Shown: positions 48,141-62,951 of the stretch, piece by piece | Position numbering within the stretch: position 1 is the first letter of the stretch | How the letters are laid out: every line of letters begins with the position of its first letter | DNA from: Vicugna vicugna | Taxonomy: Eukaryota | DNA length: 64,000 bases | NCBI GenBank assembly: GCA_013265495.1 | Contig: MU058883.1 | Coordinates: 248,001 to 312,000 of the forward strand | Direction of reading: 5' to 3' | The notes under the pieces: generated by a model | The model's input: only the letters and a program-made list of their open reading frames with translations | Database searches by the model: none | What the model was told of the DNA's origin: nothing | Translations under genes and position numbers: made by a program

Positions 48141-49823
48141 CTGAAATGGAAACCAAGTGGGCAGTCAGGGCCTAGCTCACCCTGGGGGGAGCAGACAGTC
48201 GGGGCCTGGCTCGTCCCCAGGAGCAGTGGCAGGGCCAGGCAGAGCCGCCGGGATGGGCCGAGCACACAGGAACCTCAACAGGCCGAGCCTGCCCACCAGG
48301 TCCTCCTGGTTACATCTGGGAACCACGCCTGTCCCTCTGCGGCCGTCGTCACCCGTCTGGACGCTCAGTGCCCAGCACACTCTCAACAGCCCTTCTTTGA
48401 ACGTTCAAGGCTCCCCTCTGTGCTTGGGACAGAACCCAAACCCTTCTCCTGCTGCCCGAGGACCCCCAGATCTGGCTTCTGACAGCCTCCTCGACCCCTG
48501 GCTCCAGCCACGCTGGCTGGACGCCGCCCCAGGCGGCCTCAGACCTGAGCGGCTCCAGCGTTCCGTTCTGCAGCCTTGCAGGGACACTGCCGCCACCGTG
48601 CTCTCCGCCTTGGCCGCCCCAGGGCACGAAGCCCTGTCCCACCACGGCCCAGGGAAGGGCCCGGTGCTGGGAGCCCAGACCAGCTGACCTTCGCCATGGT
48701 GGGCGCAGGGGCAGGTGTGGCTTCTGAAACCACTGAAGCAGGGATCGGTGGCTTTTTTAAGTCCCATCTCCTCCCCCGTGGCCACTAGTCAGGTGTGGCC
48801 CAAACACTGCATAGACAGCAGGCTGTTCAGCGGCTCGGCGGGGGTGGCGCTGACAGGAGGGGCCGTGGAAGAGTCCGGGGAGGACAGGGCCCCTGGAGAC
48901 GAGGGGCAGGGCCCCCCCGAGGAACAAGGGTGACACTGGGCGTTCCCAGCGTCCCTGTCACCTGGCTCTTCTCTAGAGCCGCCCCCACTCCCGTCCCAGC
49001 TGGGCCCCAGGGGTCTCAGCACTACCTGACATGACTGGGAGTCACAAGCAGGTGAGAATTTGGCACAGGGTGGACTAAGGGTGGACTCCAAACCACCCGA
49101 AGAGGCCAGGCTACCCAGGCAGAGGGGGATCAGCTGGGGTGGCACGGGACAGCCGTGGGAGCGCAGGCCACCCAGGCTGCTCACACCCCACGCCAGGCCT
49201 GCCTCAGCCACAGCTGCTCTGCAGCTGGCTCTCTGATCGTCCGCCCGTCCTCTCCCCGAGGTGCCCGGGCAGCCAAGCCCTGAAGAGGAAAGGGGGTCCC
49301 GAGGAGCCGCCGGCCCAAGGCCTTCCAGCGAGCACCAGGCCCTCGGGCCCCGCGCTCCCGCGTGTGTTCTCTAATGGCCTCTCCATCTTCCTGACGGTAG
49401 GCGGCGTCAGAGGGAGCGCCATTTTCAGGGGAGCAAATCCAGGCTCAAAGATGCCCTGCAGCTACCAGCCTTGGGGCCCCAGCCAGGAGGTGGGGAGCCA
49501 GGAAGGTGACTGGGCAGTGAGGGGGTGTCTGCCTCTGCAGAGAAGGGCCTGTATCCCCCAGCCCACAGTGGAGGCAGGATCTGCAGCTTCCGGACAGACA
49601 GGCCAGCACCTGGGAGGCCCAGGGGTCCGAAGAGGGACAAAGCTGGGGAGGCTCTGGGGCTGCGGTGGGAGGAGCCGGGGCCAGGGTGGGAAGCCGGCGT
49701 GCCCGTCCTGGGGCTGAGGGCAGCTGGAGAGGGCGCCTCTGTGCCAGGCTGGGTCTCCAGGCCTGCCTGGGCTGCCTGATGGGGGAACTGGAACCAGAGT
49801 GGGTTCAGTCCGCCCTGGGCTCA

Positions 49824-50192
<369 letters not shown>

Positions 50193-53100
50193 TCAGGGCC
50201 ACCCTTGCAGTGAGTGGCGGTGGCGGCAGCACGGCCCGGGCTCACGACACAACACTGCAGAGCAGAGCGAAGCGGGGCGGCCAGGGCAGCAAGCAGCCGG
50301 GCGGGCAGGCAGGCAGGGGCCGGGAGGGGAGGCGAGGGGGGTCCACAGCGGCAGAGGAGACAAGAGGAGGCGGGGGACAGAGGAGGAGGAAGGTGTGCAC
50401 GGTGGGGGCAGAGAGGAAGTGGCAAGAGGGGCTGAGCTCAGCGAAGCTGGTGGTCTGAGCAGAGAACAGTGGAGGAGGGAGGTTTCAGCCTGCTTCAAGG
50501 AGGAGGACCTGGGACCTCAAGCTCGTGCTGATGCCCTGGCAGCCCCCCGCCTCCCGCCTGTTTCCCGGTGGTGCCTGATGCTCTCAGACCCCAAGAGGGG
50601 CTTGGATGAAGGAATACAGCTCATGATTCTGAGCCCCTCCAAGAACACTGCAGGTGGGAGCTCCATGGTGCCAGCTGAGACGGACGTCAGCCCCGCCCAG
50701 AGCCCAGGGGTTCGGCTGAACGGTGGCCTCAGGACACCCCAGACACCTTGGTGCTGCCAGGCATACCCCCGACAGCTACCCAGAGCGCCCAGAACCCTCG
50801 CTCTCCCAGGCAGCTCAACTGTGTGCCCAGCCAGTGCCAGGACAGGCCCAGCAGAGGCCACGTCACCCTGCTGGTGTCTCTCTCCCTGAGCTGGCCACCA
50901 TGTGGGAGTCATACATGTGGTCAGGAGGACAGAGAGGACCCTGGAAGACCCTGTGACGCCCAGCCAGACAGGCAGGCTAACGCAAGCACAGCTCCCTGCC
51001 CATCAGGGCGCCTCCTGGCAGGGACGCCCTGGCACAGGAAGGACCCACCCATACGCCCTGCCTCCCACCCTGCCCTGCCTCGCCTCCAGCAGGGGTGACC
51101 TGCAGCTCCTCCTGTAGCCCAGGAGCCCAGACTCCCAGAGTTCCCAGGGGACTGGGGGAGGGGCACAGCCTGCCCAAGGGTGGGCAGGATTTGGACACGG
51201 GATGGTGGGAGGTGTTGGGGAGGAAGTGCAGAAGGTGGGGGTGAGGGAGGCCCAAGGCCTCAGCCAGGAAGGGGGGCTGCAGAGGTGAGAGCAGCAGTGA
51301 AGGGGGTGGGGGTGGGAGGGAAGGTTGACATCTGCTGCCCTGGGGGGCACTGGTGTCAGGTGCATGACCGGCAGGGGTGGAGGGGAGCTGGGAGGATGGG
51401 AGGAGAGGTATGTCACCCTGGTCACCCCACACTTCACGAGGCTGAGCCACCGGCACCACCCCACAACCACGCTGAAGGGTCCCGTTCTGGACCCCTGGGG
51501 CAGAGGGACACGGGGAAGGGCTGCTCCTCGGGGCCCTGAGTCCAGGCCCCGGAGCTCCCTCTCAGGCAGGCTCCCTGTCATTCCACCATCGCCCTCCCCG
51601 ACAGTAGGTCAGAAACCTAAGCGCTGTCCTGGCTCCTGTCTCAAATCTAACAGCTCCACCTCAGAAGTCTCTCTGAAACCCTTCCAGCCAGCCCGTCCCC
51701 CCGGCCACCCTCTCGCTTCCCCCGGACCCCCCACAGCACCCAGAGGGAACAGAGATGCGGCCAGACCCCACCCCTGGATGCCGTCCAGGCTCTGTGCGGA
51801 AGCATCGCGGCCCGTCTCCTGCCTCCTGGGCAGCCCCTCCCCAGGTCAAGACAGGCCCTGGTCAGGGGGAAGGGTGTGCTGCCTCCTGGGGCCTCCTGAG
51901 GCCAGAGGAAGCCCGTCTTCCCCAGCATGGTGCCGGCTCCGCGGACGCCCCAGAGCCCCTCCTTCCGGGAAGGAGTGTTCGCGGACAGTGCAGGCTTCTT
52001 TGCCTGACAGGGGGTGGGGCTTGGGGTGGGGCGACACTGCCTCCGACCACCCGCTGAGGAGCAGAAGCCAGCCCTGGCCCTGGTCCCAGGAGGACCCTGA
52101 GGCCCAGAGAGCGGAAGCCCTCGCTGAGGCCCAGAGGGCACCCCGCGGGCGGGGACCGGCCAGGGCAGGCTGGTGGCCTCTGCCAGCACCCGCCTCACTA
52201 TGGGCACAGTGGTAGCCTCCCCTAGCTGGCCACCGGGCTCCCGGCCAAGGGCCTTTGACTGAAACCAGGACTGGGAGGGGGGCTGCCACGAGTAAAGCCG
52301 CGAGCACAAGGTCCCGACGGGGAAACGGGGCGGCCAGGACTCGGGCGGAGGGAACAGGCACAGACCCTGCTCTGCCTCTCCTTGGAGGCCCGACCCCTTG
52401 TTTGGGCACCGCCCACCACCCCACCGTGGCTGGAAGGGCTCAGGGGCCCGGGCAGGACAGCCCCAAGCCACAGGGGCCAGTCAGCGCCCTGATTCCAGCC
52501 CCGCCTCCCCCAGGCACTGCCCGCTGCGGAAAGCCCAGCGCCGGGTGGCAGAGAGGCACTGCGGAGGCTCCCAGGAGCCTGAGGCACAGGCACGGGGCCA
52601 CAGCCTGCCCACCCGCTCACACTCCGCAGGGGCCCCACAGGAGGCCCCACAGGAGGGCAAGACACCTCTGGGTGTGGGCTGGCTGAGGGCGTGGGGCCGG
52701 GCACAAGGGTCCTCATTAGCACAGCCCCCCAGAAGGAAGGGTTAAGGGCTGTCCAGGGCCACCTGGCCAGGAGGGAAAGCCAGACTCAGGGCCCTCAAAG
52801 CTCCCCCCAGCCCAGGGCTGCCTTCCGGAAAGGCTCAGGGGCCAACCCCACGGGCTGGCTTTGAGCACCCAGACTCCACTCACAGCACTAGGACCCCACT
52901 TCACAGAAGGAGACGTTCAGGAAGCTTCTGGGGGCTAGCAACAGAGCCCAGGCTGGGGTGCGACATGCAGACTGGCTTCCTGCTAGACTTCGAAAGTGTG
53001 GACCCCACACTCCATGGCCCACCTGCTTAGTTAATGCAGCTCATTAATTAGGTAAATTGAATCTTTCAGGATTTCCTCACGTCAGGGGGGAAAGAAAAGC

Positions 53101-55885
53101 CAGACGCTTGCATGGAGAACGGTGATGCCCAAGCTTAAACCGTTAGACAAGATGCAGCCTAGATGTGCCCCAAGAGGAGGGGCCCTGGCTGGAGGCTGAG
53201 GTCACAGAACGAAAACCCCTGGAGCCCATGGCCACCTGTTCCCCGAACTTCATAACCCAGCTGTGGACGGGGGTCATTCTGCTCCAAGGGGCACCAGGTA
53301 GGTTCATAGGGCAAATGTCCTGGGGCTGGATGCTCCCAGAAAGCAAAGGAGGACTTGCTGGGTCCTCGCCCAGTCCGCCTGGTGACAATGATGGCCGCAT
53401 TCGGCCAGAAGGGACCCCTGGGGCCCAGCAGCCGCTGCCCGCAGTGGCAGTACCAGCCTCGAGGGCTGAGAGGGCTGGAAGACCCCACACATGTTGCGGA
53501 GTCCACCCCGACCAGCAGCACCGGGACACGAGGGGACAGGGCCGGTGGTATAGAGGTGTGCCTCCCCCCTCCAGATGCCCGGACCTGACATCAGCACCCA
53601 CCTCCCTAGGGGCAAGAACCGCCCCGCCCCCTCCAGAGTGCCCTCCGGCCACGGCAGCCTGACCCGCACACAGAGTGGTGCACAGCCTCGCTGGCAGCGC
53701 CTCACGCCCAGTGGCTCAGCTCGCAGAGTGCGCCCAGCTGGGAGCAGATGGCACAGAGCAGACACGACGGGTCAGTGCTTTTCCACCCGAGTCCTGGACC
53801 CTCCCCTTCGCAGCCACCAGTCCCCTTTCCCAGGCACCCTCCGTCCCAGACAGTCAGCCCCTCGCCCTCCTCTCTCTGCCCCTCCCCTGCCCACCCACCT
53901 CTGAAAGCGATGGTCCAGGCAGGGAGGATCACCGGGGAAACTGAGCCCCAGGCCCACTGCTTCTGCCTGGGTCAGCCCACCCCACCTCCCGACTCACCAG
54001 CATCCCAGACCAGAGGGAGAGGCCCCCTGGGAGCTGCCCCTGCACCTGCGTGAGGAGCCCTGGGTCAGGACACGGGATGCCCCCATGGGGGGCCTTGTCC
54101 ATGGAGGTGAGCACACCTTGAAGCAGGCTGAAACCCGCCGGAGAGACAGGAGGCGGCAGAGACGCAGCCAGGGCTGAGTGTGGCGGGAGGGGAGGAGGCA
54201 GCGCTAACCACGAGATTGGTGAGGTGCAGACGCATGCTGGGGCCAGGAAAGCCTTTCCGAAGGGGGACAAGAGTGGGCGCCCCAATTTCGCTCAAGCTTT
54301 GGAGAGAGAGAGCCAGCAGCTACCGAAGGATAAGAGGAAACCAAAGACGGGGTCCTTCTCAGGGCCTGGGCCTGCACAGCTGCTGCGCGGGAAAAGCCAA
54401 TTCTTGCCAAACCAAAAGGATCAGGATGTTTCCAAATGAAGCCCCTCGCAGACGGCCCGCCGTGGCAGCCGGCCTCTCACTGACGGCTTTGGTTTGGTTT
54501 GGCTGTTTTGTAACAACCCAGATCCACAGAGAGGGGAAGCGTTGGAAGGACCCAGCTCTTTCCGGCCGAGACTGCGAGAGCCCACACCCATTTCTCCCGG
54601 TGTCCTCGCTGCCCTGTGCCCTGTCCCCGCGCCTGCCTGACGCCCAGCGGCCCTGGCCCTTGCGGCCGGCCAGGCTTTCCCAGAGGCCTGCGTGGCGCCG
54701 GCGCTGGCGCTCGGCAGAGAGGGAAGCCCAGCCCCGGGGCGGCCTGGGGAGCGAGCCACATGGCTTTATCCCGCATACACTCAGAGAAGACTAATCAAAA
54801 CAAATCCGTGGTGCGCCCGAGAGAGCCTGCTTCCCTCCAAGGGGAATCGGGGAGCTTTCACGCCTTCACCTGCACCCAAGGGCTCCCAGTGCAACCCCGT
54901 TACTGGGGACCCGCCTTGGTCTTCAGCTCGCAGTGCTGGTGCTCCAAGGCCCAGACTTCCAGAAACTTCCACTGGCCTAGCCCAAGGAAGCAACCTCAAA
55001 CTCCAAAAAAGGCTGCTGATAAAACTATCTTACACCCCCATGGATAAGGAAAACGTGTGGATTTGGTTGTTCCATGAGCTAGGCTTCTAGATCTTTCCTT
55101 CACCTGTCTTGCTTCCACTTCATGGAATAACACATGTGGAGGGGAGTGGTATCTGCCGCGTCTGCCTGCCCCTGGGTCTGGGCTTCCCCAAGGCCCCGGC
55201 CCCACTCCTGACCTTGGCCTTTCTCATCTGTCCAGGACACTTAATGGCTGGCTCCTCTCTGCAAAGTGCACTTCCCTTGAGAGCAGAGGGCCTCGTGTGC
55301 CCAACCAGCTTTGATGGCCTGGCGGTCAGGAGGGACGGACCGTCCTCACCTTTAGACAGGGATCGGCTCAGAGCAAGGCAGGTCCACTTGGGCCCCAGGG
55401 GTTCAGAGGGGGGCCCTGCCTTCTCTGCCCTCCCAGACAGCCTCCTCCAGCTCCCGCTCCTTTGCCCAGAGGGAGGGGGCAGCACTGAGAGTAGCCAGGA
55501 GCTTTCACCTCTTTTGGAAAACAGCAGAGGGAGGTCAGGCTGCCTCAGCTGGCGGTGGGTGTAAAGATGCACACCCCCATTCTTCCAAATGTGCCCCGAG
55601 GGCCCTGCACAGGGACACTTCCCCAGGTCCCAGAGGCCTCTCTGCAAAAACAGTCCCACCTGCATGGAGCCAGGCCCCAGGGCACCCTGCTTCCTGCATC
55701 GCTGGGACCCGCCTCTCCCCTGCGGGGCACCCCCGGGGAGGCCAGGAGCCCTCGCGCTCCCTCGGGCCCTCTGCCTGCCTCAGCCCGTGGGTCCAGGGAG
55801 CTGCCCCACACGCCGGGGTCACGCCCTGACGGCGGTCAAATCGTGCCCGCAGCAGTGCTCCTGTGCAAAAGAGCTGGTTCCTTCC

Positions 55886-56226
55886 NNNNNNNNNNNNNNN
55901 NNNNNNNNNNNNNNNNNNNNNNNNNNNNNNNNNNNNNNNNNNNNNNNNNNNNNNNNNNNNNNNNNNNNNNNNNNNNNNNNNNNNNNNNNNNNNNNNNNNN
56001 NNNNNNNNNNNNNNNNNNNNNNNNNNNNNNNNNNNNNNNNNNNNNNNNNNNNNNNNNNNNNNNNNNNNNNNNNNNNNNNNNNNNNNNNNNNNNNNNNNNN
56101 NNNNNNNNNNNNNNNNNNNNNNNNNNNNNNNNNNNNNNNNNNNNNNNNNNNNNNNNNNNNNNNNNNNNNNNNNNNNNNNNNNNNNNNNNNNNNNNNNNNN
56201 NNNNNNNNNNNNNNNNNNNNNNNNNN
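55886..56226. other. Assembly gap (341 N) inside the KIF1A intron between exons ~26 and ~28
   Basis: Run of N. Confidence 0.99.
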
Positions 56227-56722
56227 GCGGGTGGGGCGGGGTTGGGGGTCTCCTGTTTAAAACCCAAACCAAACACACAGACCATCAAGAATGCTGCCTT
56301 AAAAGACAAGAGGACCAAAAGTGCACCTGTCCCCACGCTTGGAAAGACACTGCACGCGTGGTTGGTGTAAAGCTCCGGAAGGTTCCGGAAGACACAGGCA
56401 GGTGTGATCCTGGCCAGGTGTGGGCGAGGCTGCATGAGGGCCTCAGAACACCCCGCCCCGGGGCACAGGGGCTGGGCGCAGGCCCCCGATTGGGAGGCCG
56501 GGGCAGCAGGCGTGGGCTCTAAGCTCTGGGATGACACGGCCCTGCCTCCCCACTCACATCCCTACTGGTGACCCAGAAGCTCTGACCAAGCCTGGCGTTC
56601 ACACACGTGGACGCTGTCACCTGACAGCCACGGTCCCGAAGCGGGTGTGGGTGGCAATGCTGAGATGCCCTCCCTGGTCAGGGCCCGCTGGTGTATGGAG
56701 AGGAATGGCTTCGGGGTCCTCA

Positions 56723-57019
<297 letters not shown>

Positions 57020-58315
57020 TCAGAGTGGGCCCGGGCGGACCATCCTGGGGACGGGATCAGCTCAGCTCCAGCCGGGGTCCTGCCCAGGGCCACCCATGGC
57101 TCGAGCCGGTTTGCCAGAGAGATCCTCCGCGTCCTCGAAATCACCACACGTTCCTCTAAACTCCCACCAAGTGACGGCGGTGGGGCATCAGCAGCGAGAG
57201 GGCCGGGATCACAGGTGGGAGGGATGGGAAATCACAGCTCGGAGCCCTGGAAGCTCCAGGAATGATGGGCAAGTTGATGACAGAAAACGAGATACTTTAG
57301 AAGGTATCACCCCCAGGAAACGGGCAGGTTGCAGGAGAAACGCAGCCGCCTGCCCGGAGGGCTCAGGTGTCACAGGAAGGACACAGCAGGGGCGATCATC
57401 CTCCCAGCACAGGACTGTGGCCCCCGGAGGCCAGGGAAGGGGCAGGTGGGCGTCCGTGTGCCTGAGCGTGGGGTGACCCACGCAGGATGGAAGTGTCTGA
57501 GTGTCTGAGTAGGACTGAGTGTGTAAACATGTGTGACTGCGTGTGCCTTCCATTTTCCTCTGTATCTCCTGATGTTCTGACATCTTTGGGGGCCTCGCTG
57601 GCTGCAGGAGGCCTCGCCCGGGCCAGCCCATCCGCGGACAGGGGGCAGCCTGTGGGTGAGCCCCCCACCTGCCTAAGCCACCCTAGGGGCAGGTAGCGGG
57701 CCACTCGGGGCAGCTCCCCACCCCCGCCCCAGAGCCTGCCAGCATTACTCTAACTGGGCCGTCCTCGCTGTCCACCCCACCCTGCGTGCCCACAGAAACC
57801 TCACAGAGGCCCACTGAGGCCCCCCCGCCCCGCGCTCCTTTGCCCCTGATGGCCCTGCACCGCCCCCGCATGCGGATACGCCTCCGGTTTCCAGGGCAAC
57901 AGTAAACTTTTCTTTAGGGGCAATGGCCTTCACACATGAACAGCCAGGCACACATCAGAGTGAGCGTGTGGGGACCTGGAGCAGCAGAGCTGTCGGACAG
58001 ACATCTCCTGGGATGCCTGGCTGTCCCCCTGCGCCCCAGCTCGCCGGCAGCGAGGCGGAGGAGCCCGGCCCCATGCACCTGCCCCGCGAGCTTGGCTGGC
58101 TGCTGCTGCCGGGGGGCTGCCCCGTCTCCCTGCGGCCCCGCGGCCGCCCTCTTCCACTAAGCACACTGCACGCCCCCGCTGCGCTGGCCGAGGGCGACAC
58201 GGATTCTAATAAGGCTGGGTCCCTTCTACTTGTTTCTCCTGATTTCAAAAGAAACTGAAGCAGGAGAACAGCTGCTCAGACACGTGAGCCCGTCCTGCGC
58301 TCACCTCAGTTTCTA

Positions 58316-59099
<784 letters not shown>

Positions 59100-59840
59100 T
59101 CATCACGGACATGCCGCCACCCCCACCGGGGCTGGGGGCTTGGGGCTGGGTCCCCTGGTTCACACTAACAGTCAGGGTGCTCAGGAAGGAAGTCGGCAGG
59201 AAGACCTGCCTCAGGCCGTGGACTCCCGCGCCCCAAAGAGGCCGTCAGCTCCCACAGCACGAGCGGAGGGTCCCGAGAGTCAGGCTGGAGCTCAGCGAGG
59301 ACCGGTGTTGGGGGGTGGGCAGCGCAGCGACAGCCGCTTGGCCACATGGGGACAGCAGCGGAGGCAGGGGCAGGAGGGTGGGGAGGGTGATGAGTCCAGA
59401 CAAGGGGAGGCCGAGCTGGACCTGAGCCCACACCCGACTCCACCCGTCTGCCCTGCCTGAGGGCCATCCTCGGCCCCTAGCAGTCCGTGGTCAGCCGCCC
59501 CAGCAAATGCTCTGAAAACGGGACCCGAGGTGAGGAGCAGAGACTGTCCTGGGAGAAGCACCAGCCCCCCTGGGGCAGAACAGCGGTGAGTGGACACAGG
59601 ACGCCTGCGTGGGAGCCCCCACAGCGTACCACCCTCCTCATGCTCCAGGCTGCCCCACCGGTCAGTCTGCACGTGTGCCGCGTGTGCACCGCGTGTGCAC
59701 CGCGTGTGCGTGCAGCGGGGAAGACGCTCTCCTGCTGCAGTATAGCCTCCCAGGTCCTGCCTCCCCGGGACCAGAAGGCCTCTCCCAAGGCACAGGCAGA
59801 AGTGCCAACCTCCAGGGGGTGCCTGCGGGCCGCCTCCTCA

Positions 59841-60230
<390 letters not shown>

Positions 60231-60233
60231 TCA

Positions 60234-60470
<237 letters not shown>

Positions 60471-61546
60471 TCAGGGTGACGGGGGAGACGGAGAGAAAGG
60501 GGAGGGCAGGCGCCTCCTCCAGCTGGGGTCCCAGCGTCGCCCACCCCAGGGAGGGCCCCCTAGCGTCAGGAGACGCCCCACCAGGTGCTCTGCCCTGTGT
60601 CACCTTCGTCCCCCAGCAGGGCCTCCTCAGTCTCTCCCCAGGTCCACCCCTCGGCCCCGCCCCTTTCAGCAGCAGTGACTTTTGGAAAAGTCCTGGGACT
60701 TCTCCCACGACCCCTCCTCTCCGAGGCCCCACAGGGGCCGCCCCCAGGCAGCCTGGCCTCCTGCTCCGGTGCCCTGGCCCTGAGCATGCCCCGCCACGAG
60801 GGCTGCTCTGGGGCCCCTCATGCAGGGGCCTTCCCTTCCCATCTATCCCACTGACAGAAGCAGGTCAGGGGGTCTGCATGTCCACAGGGCCAGGGTCCAC
60901 CCTGCCTGCAGGACCCTCCAGGACACACGCATCCCACAGGGGCAGCGCCTGCTGTCTCGGGACAGTCCTGCCTGTGCGGGTCTCTTTGGACAACTAGCTT
61001 CCTTCCAACTTTCTCCAGGAACTGCAGCCCTGCCTTGGGGCCTGCAAAGCCAGTTCAGCCCCTCTGCCCATGAGAGCCCCCGGGTCTGCGGGCTGCGCCT
61101 CCCCCGGCCTCCCGTAGCTCCTCCCACAGTCCCCCGGCTCAGCGTCCCCTTCCAGCCCCGGCCCTGCTCTGGGCCTGCAGGCACCAGGCCCCATCCTGAA
61201 ACGCAGGAGGGAAGGACTACTCTCTGTGGCCCTGGCCCAGCTCAACTGCACCGTGTCCCCGTACTGGCTGATGGAAGGACACCAGCCACTGGTGGCCACG
61301 TGCGCCAAAGAGTCCGGAACATGCGTGTGGTGCGTCCCTCCCCCGAAGCATCCCTAGGGACCTGAAAGGCAGGACCCTGAGTCCCGGAAGCTAAAAGCAA
61401 GGCCTTTCGGGGCAGCTGGGAAGGTCTGGACATCAGGTCGCTGGCTGTCACCTCCCAGGCCTCCCGTCCCCTCTGCACCCCTAGCTGGGGCAGAGGAAGC
61501 GGGGCTTCCTCATTCTTAGCAAGAGTTCACCCCTGCCAAAGGTGAC

Positions 61547-61830
61547 GTGATGGTCAGTTTTGTGAGTTAGCTTGGCCAGGCTGCAGAGCCCAGCGGTGCA
61601 GACACCGATGGAGAAGCTGCGAGGGGGTGTCTGTGGCTGGGGTGGCATCTAGAATCGTGTGACCTGAGAAAGGAGACCGCCCACCATGGAGTGGGCAGGC
61701 CTCATCCCATCAGCTGAAAGGCCTTCAGAGCAAACCTGAGGCTTCCCTGAGGACAAAGCCCCTCATGGATTTCAGACTTGCCCGTCCAGTCCCCACGGTC
61801 TCATGGGCCAATTCCATGAAATAAACTTCT
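61547..61830 (+). mobile_element. MLT2 LTR
   Basis: gtgatggtcagttttgtgagttagcttggccaggct...gggcaggcctcatcccatcagctgaaaggccttcagagcaaacctgagg...ccaattccatgaaataaac. Confidence 0.8.
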
Positions 61831-62199
61831 TGATAGGTGCATAGTCAGGTGGACAGACAGACTGTACCTCCACATGTGTCTTACAGTGAGGGGCTGGCAT
61901 CTGGGGGCAGGTGCAGCCCACCCCTTCGCTGGCTGCCCTGCCTCGGCCCCTCCTCCGTTCTGCCACACGCCTGGCACATGGGGGCTTCCCGGACGGGCCC
62001 CTGCCCTGGAACCCCACCTCAGCCTGCCCACAGCGCCAACTCAGTGCCACGGTGAGTGGCCTTCTTCCCCGGCCCGTGGGGCCGCCCGGTGGCGGTTGGG
62101 GGTGGTATGGGGCATCACATGGGCTGGCCAGGGGCCTGCAGCCCCTCCCAGCAAGCCCCACAGCCCAGCAGCAGGAGGGCCCCCTCACCCCTGCCATAC

Positions 62200-62283
62200 C
62201 TGACCGCAGGACACTGGGCTCCGTGACTTTCTTGCCGTTGACGTAGGTGTCCGCCCCCTCACAGGGCTCCAGGGTCACCACAG
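62200..62283 (-). CDS. KIF1A: KIF1A exon ~20 (84 nt), FHA
   Basis: cag|CTG...TCAG|gtatgg; [28 protein letters not shown]. Confidence 0.96.
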
Positions 62284-62462
62284 CTGCAGGACAGATGGGG
62301 GGGTGGGGAACAGATGGGGGACAGACAGGGGACAGAGTGGGGCCGTGAGGGGCTGCCATCCTGGCCATGCACCCCATCTGAGCCCAGCAAGCCCTACTTG
62401 GGCCTGACCGCCAGCAGTGCGGGGTGGGGGTGGCTGGCAGCAGGGGCCGAAGGTGGCCATAC

Positions 62463-62569
62463 CTTCACTGCCCCCTCGGGAGTCGCTCCGGAAGACACAG
62501 TGCTCCTCCTTGATGAAGTGCCCGCTCAGCACGATGTCCTGTCTCTTCTCCGCGTCCTCCCGGCCCACT
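62463..62569 (-). CDS. KIF1A: KIF1A exon ~19 (107 nt), FHA
   Basis: cag|AGTG...GAAG|gtatgg; [35 protein letters not shown]. Confidence 0.96.
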
Positions 62570-62871
62570 CTGTGTGAGTGCAGTGGGTCGTTAGCACTGG
62601 CGGAACCCAGCGCACCCACGACATACACACCTGCCCGCTCGGTCTCCCTGCAGCCTCCAGGGGTGCCCAGCTCTTACAGGAAACGCCCAGAGTGCCCGTG
62701 AGTGGGTTTACAGGGCGCACCCCCAAATGCAGCCCGGCCTGGGGGAGCCACACCCCCAGCGTGGCCTGCAGCATCACACTGGCGACAAGCCAGGTGGGCG
62801 GCGACGTTCCAGCAGGTCCCCAGGCCCCTCAGTGCAGGAGCCTCCCCCCAACAGTGCCCCGCCACCTCCAC

Positions 62872-62951
62872 CTGGTGACGCCATCCTTAATGTAGTAGAG
62901 GAGGCACTCGGACATCAGTGGGTCCTCGTTCAGGTTGACAAGATGTGGTGT
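62872..62951 (-). CDS. KIF1A: KIF1A exon ~18 (80 nt), start of FHA region
   Basis: cag|ACA...CAG|gtggag; [27 protein letters not shown]. Confidence 0.96.

Noticed and set aside
56227-56260. AG acceptor-like site (ttttaaacag) at the right edge of the gap as the start of the missing exon
   Set aside because: The following bases translate to RPPTPPHP, not the expected start of the poly-Glu exon; cannot be judged until the gap is filled.
59668-59710. Short 11-bp repeat (ccgcgtgtgca x3); similar short repeats at 17357-17387 and ~63190-63210
   Set aside because: Simple slippage repeats without unique spacers; not CRISPR-like.
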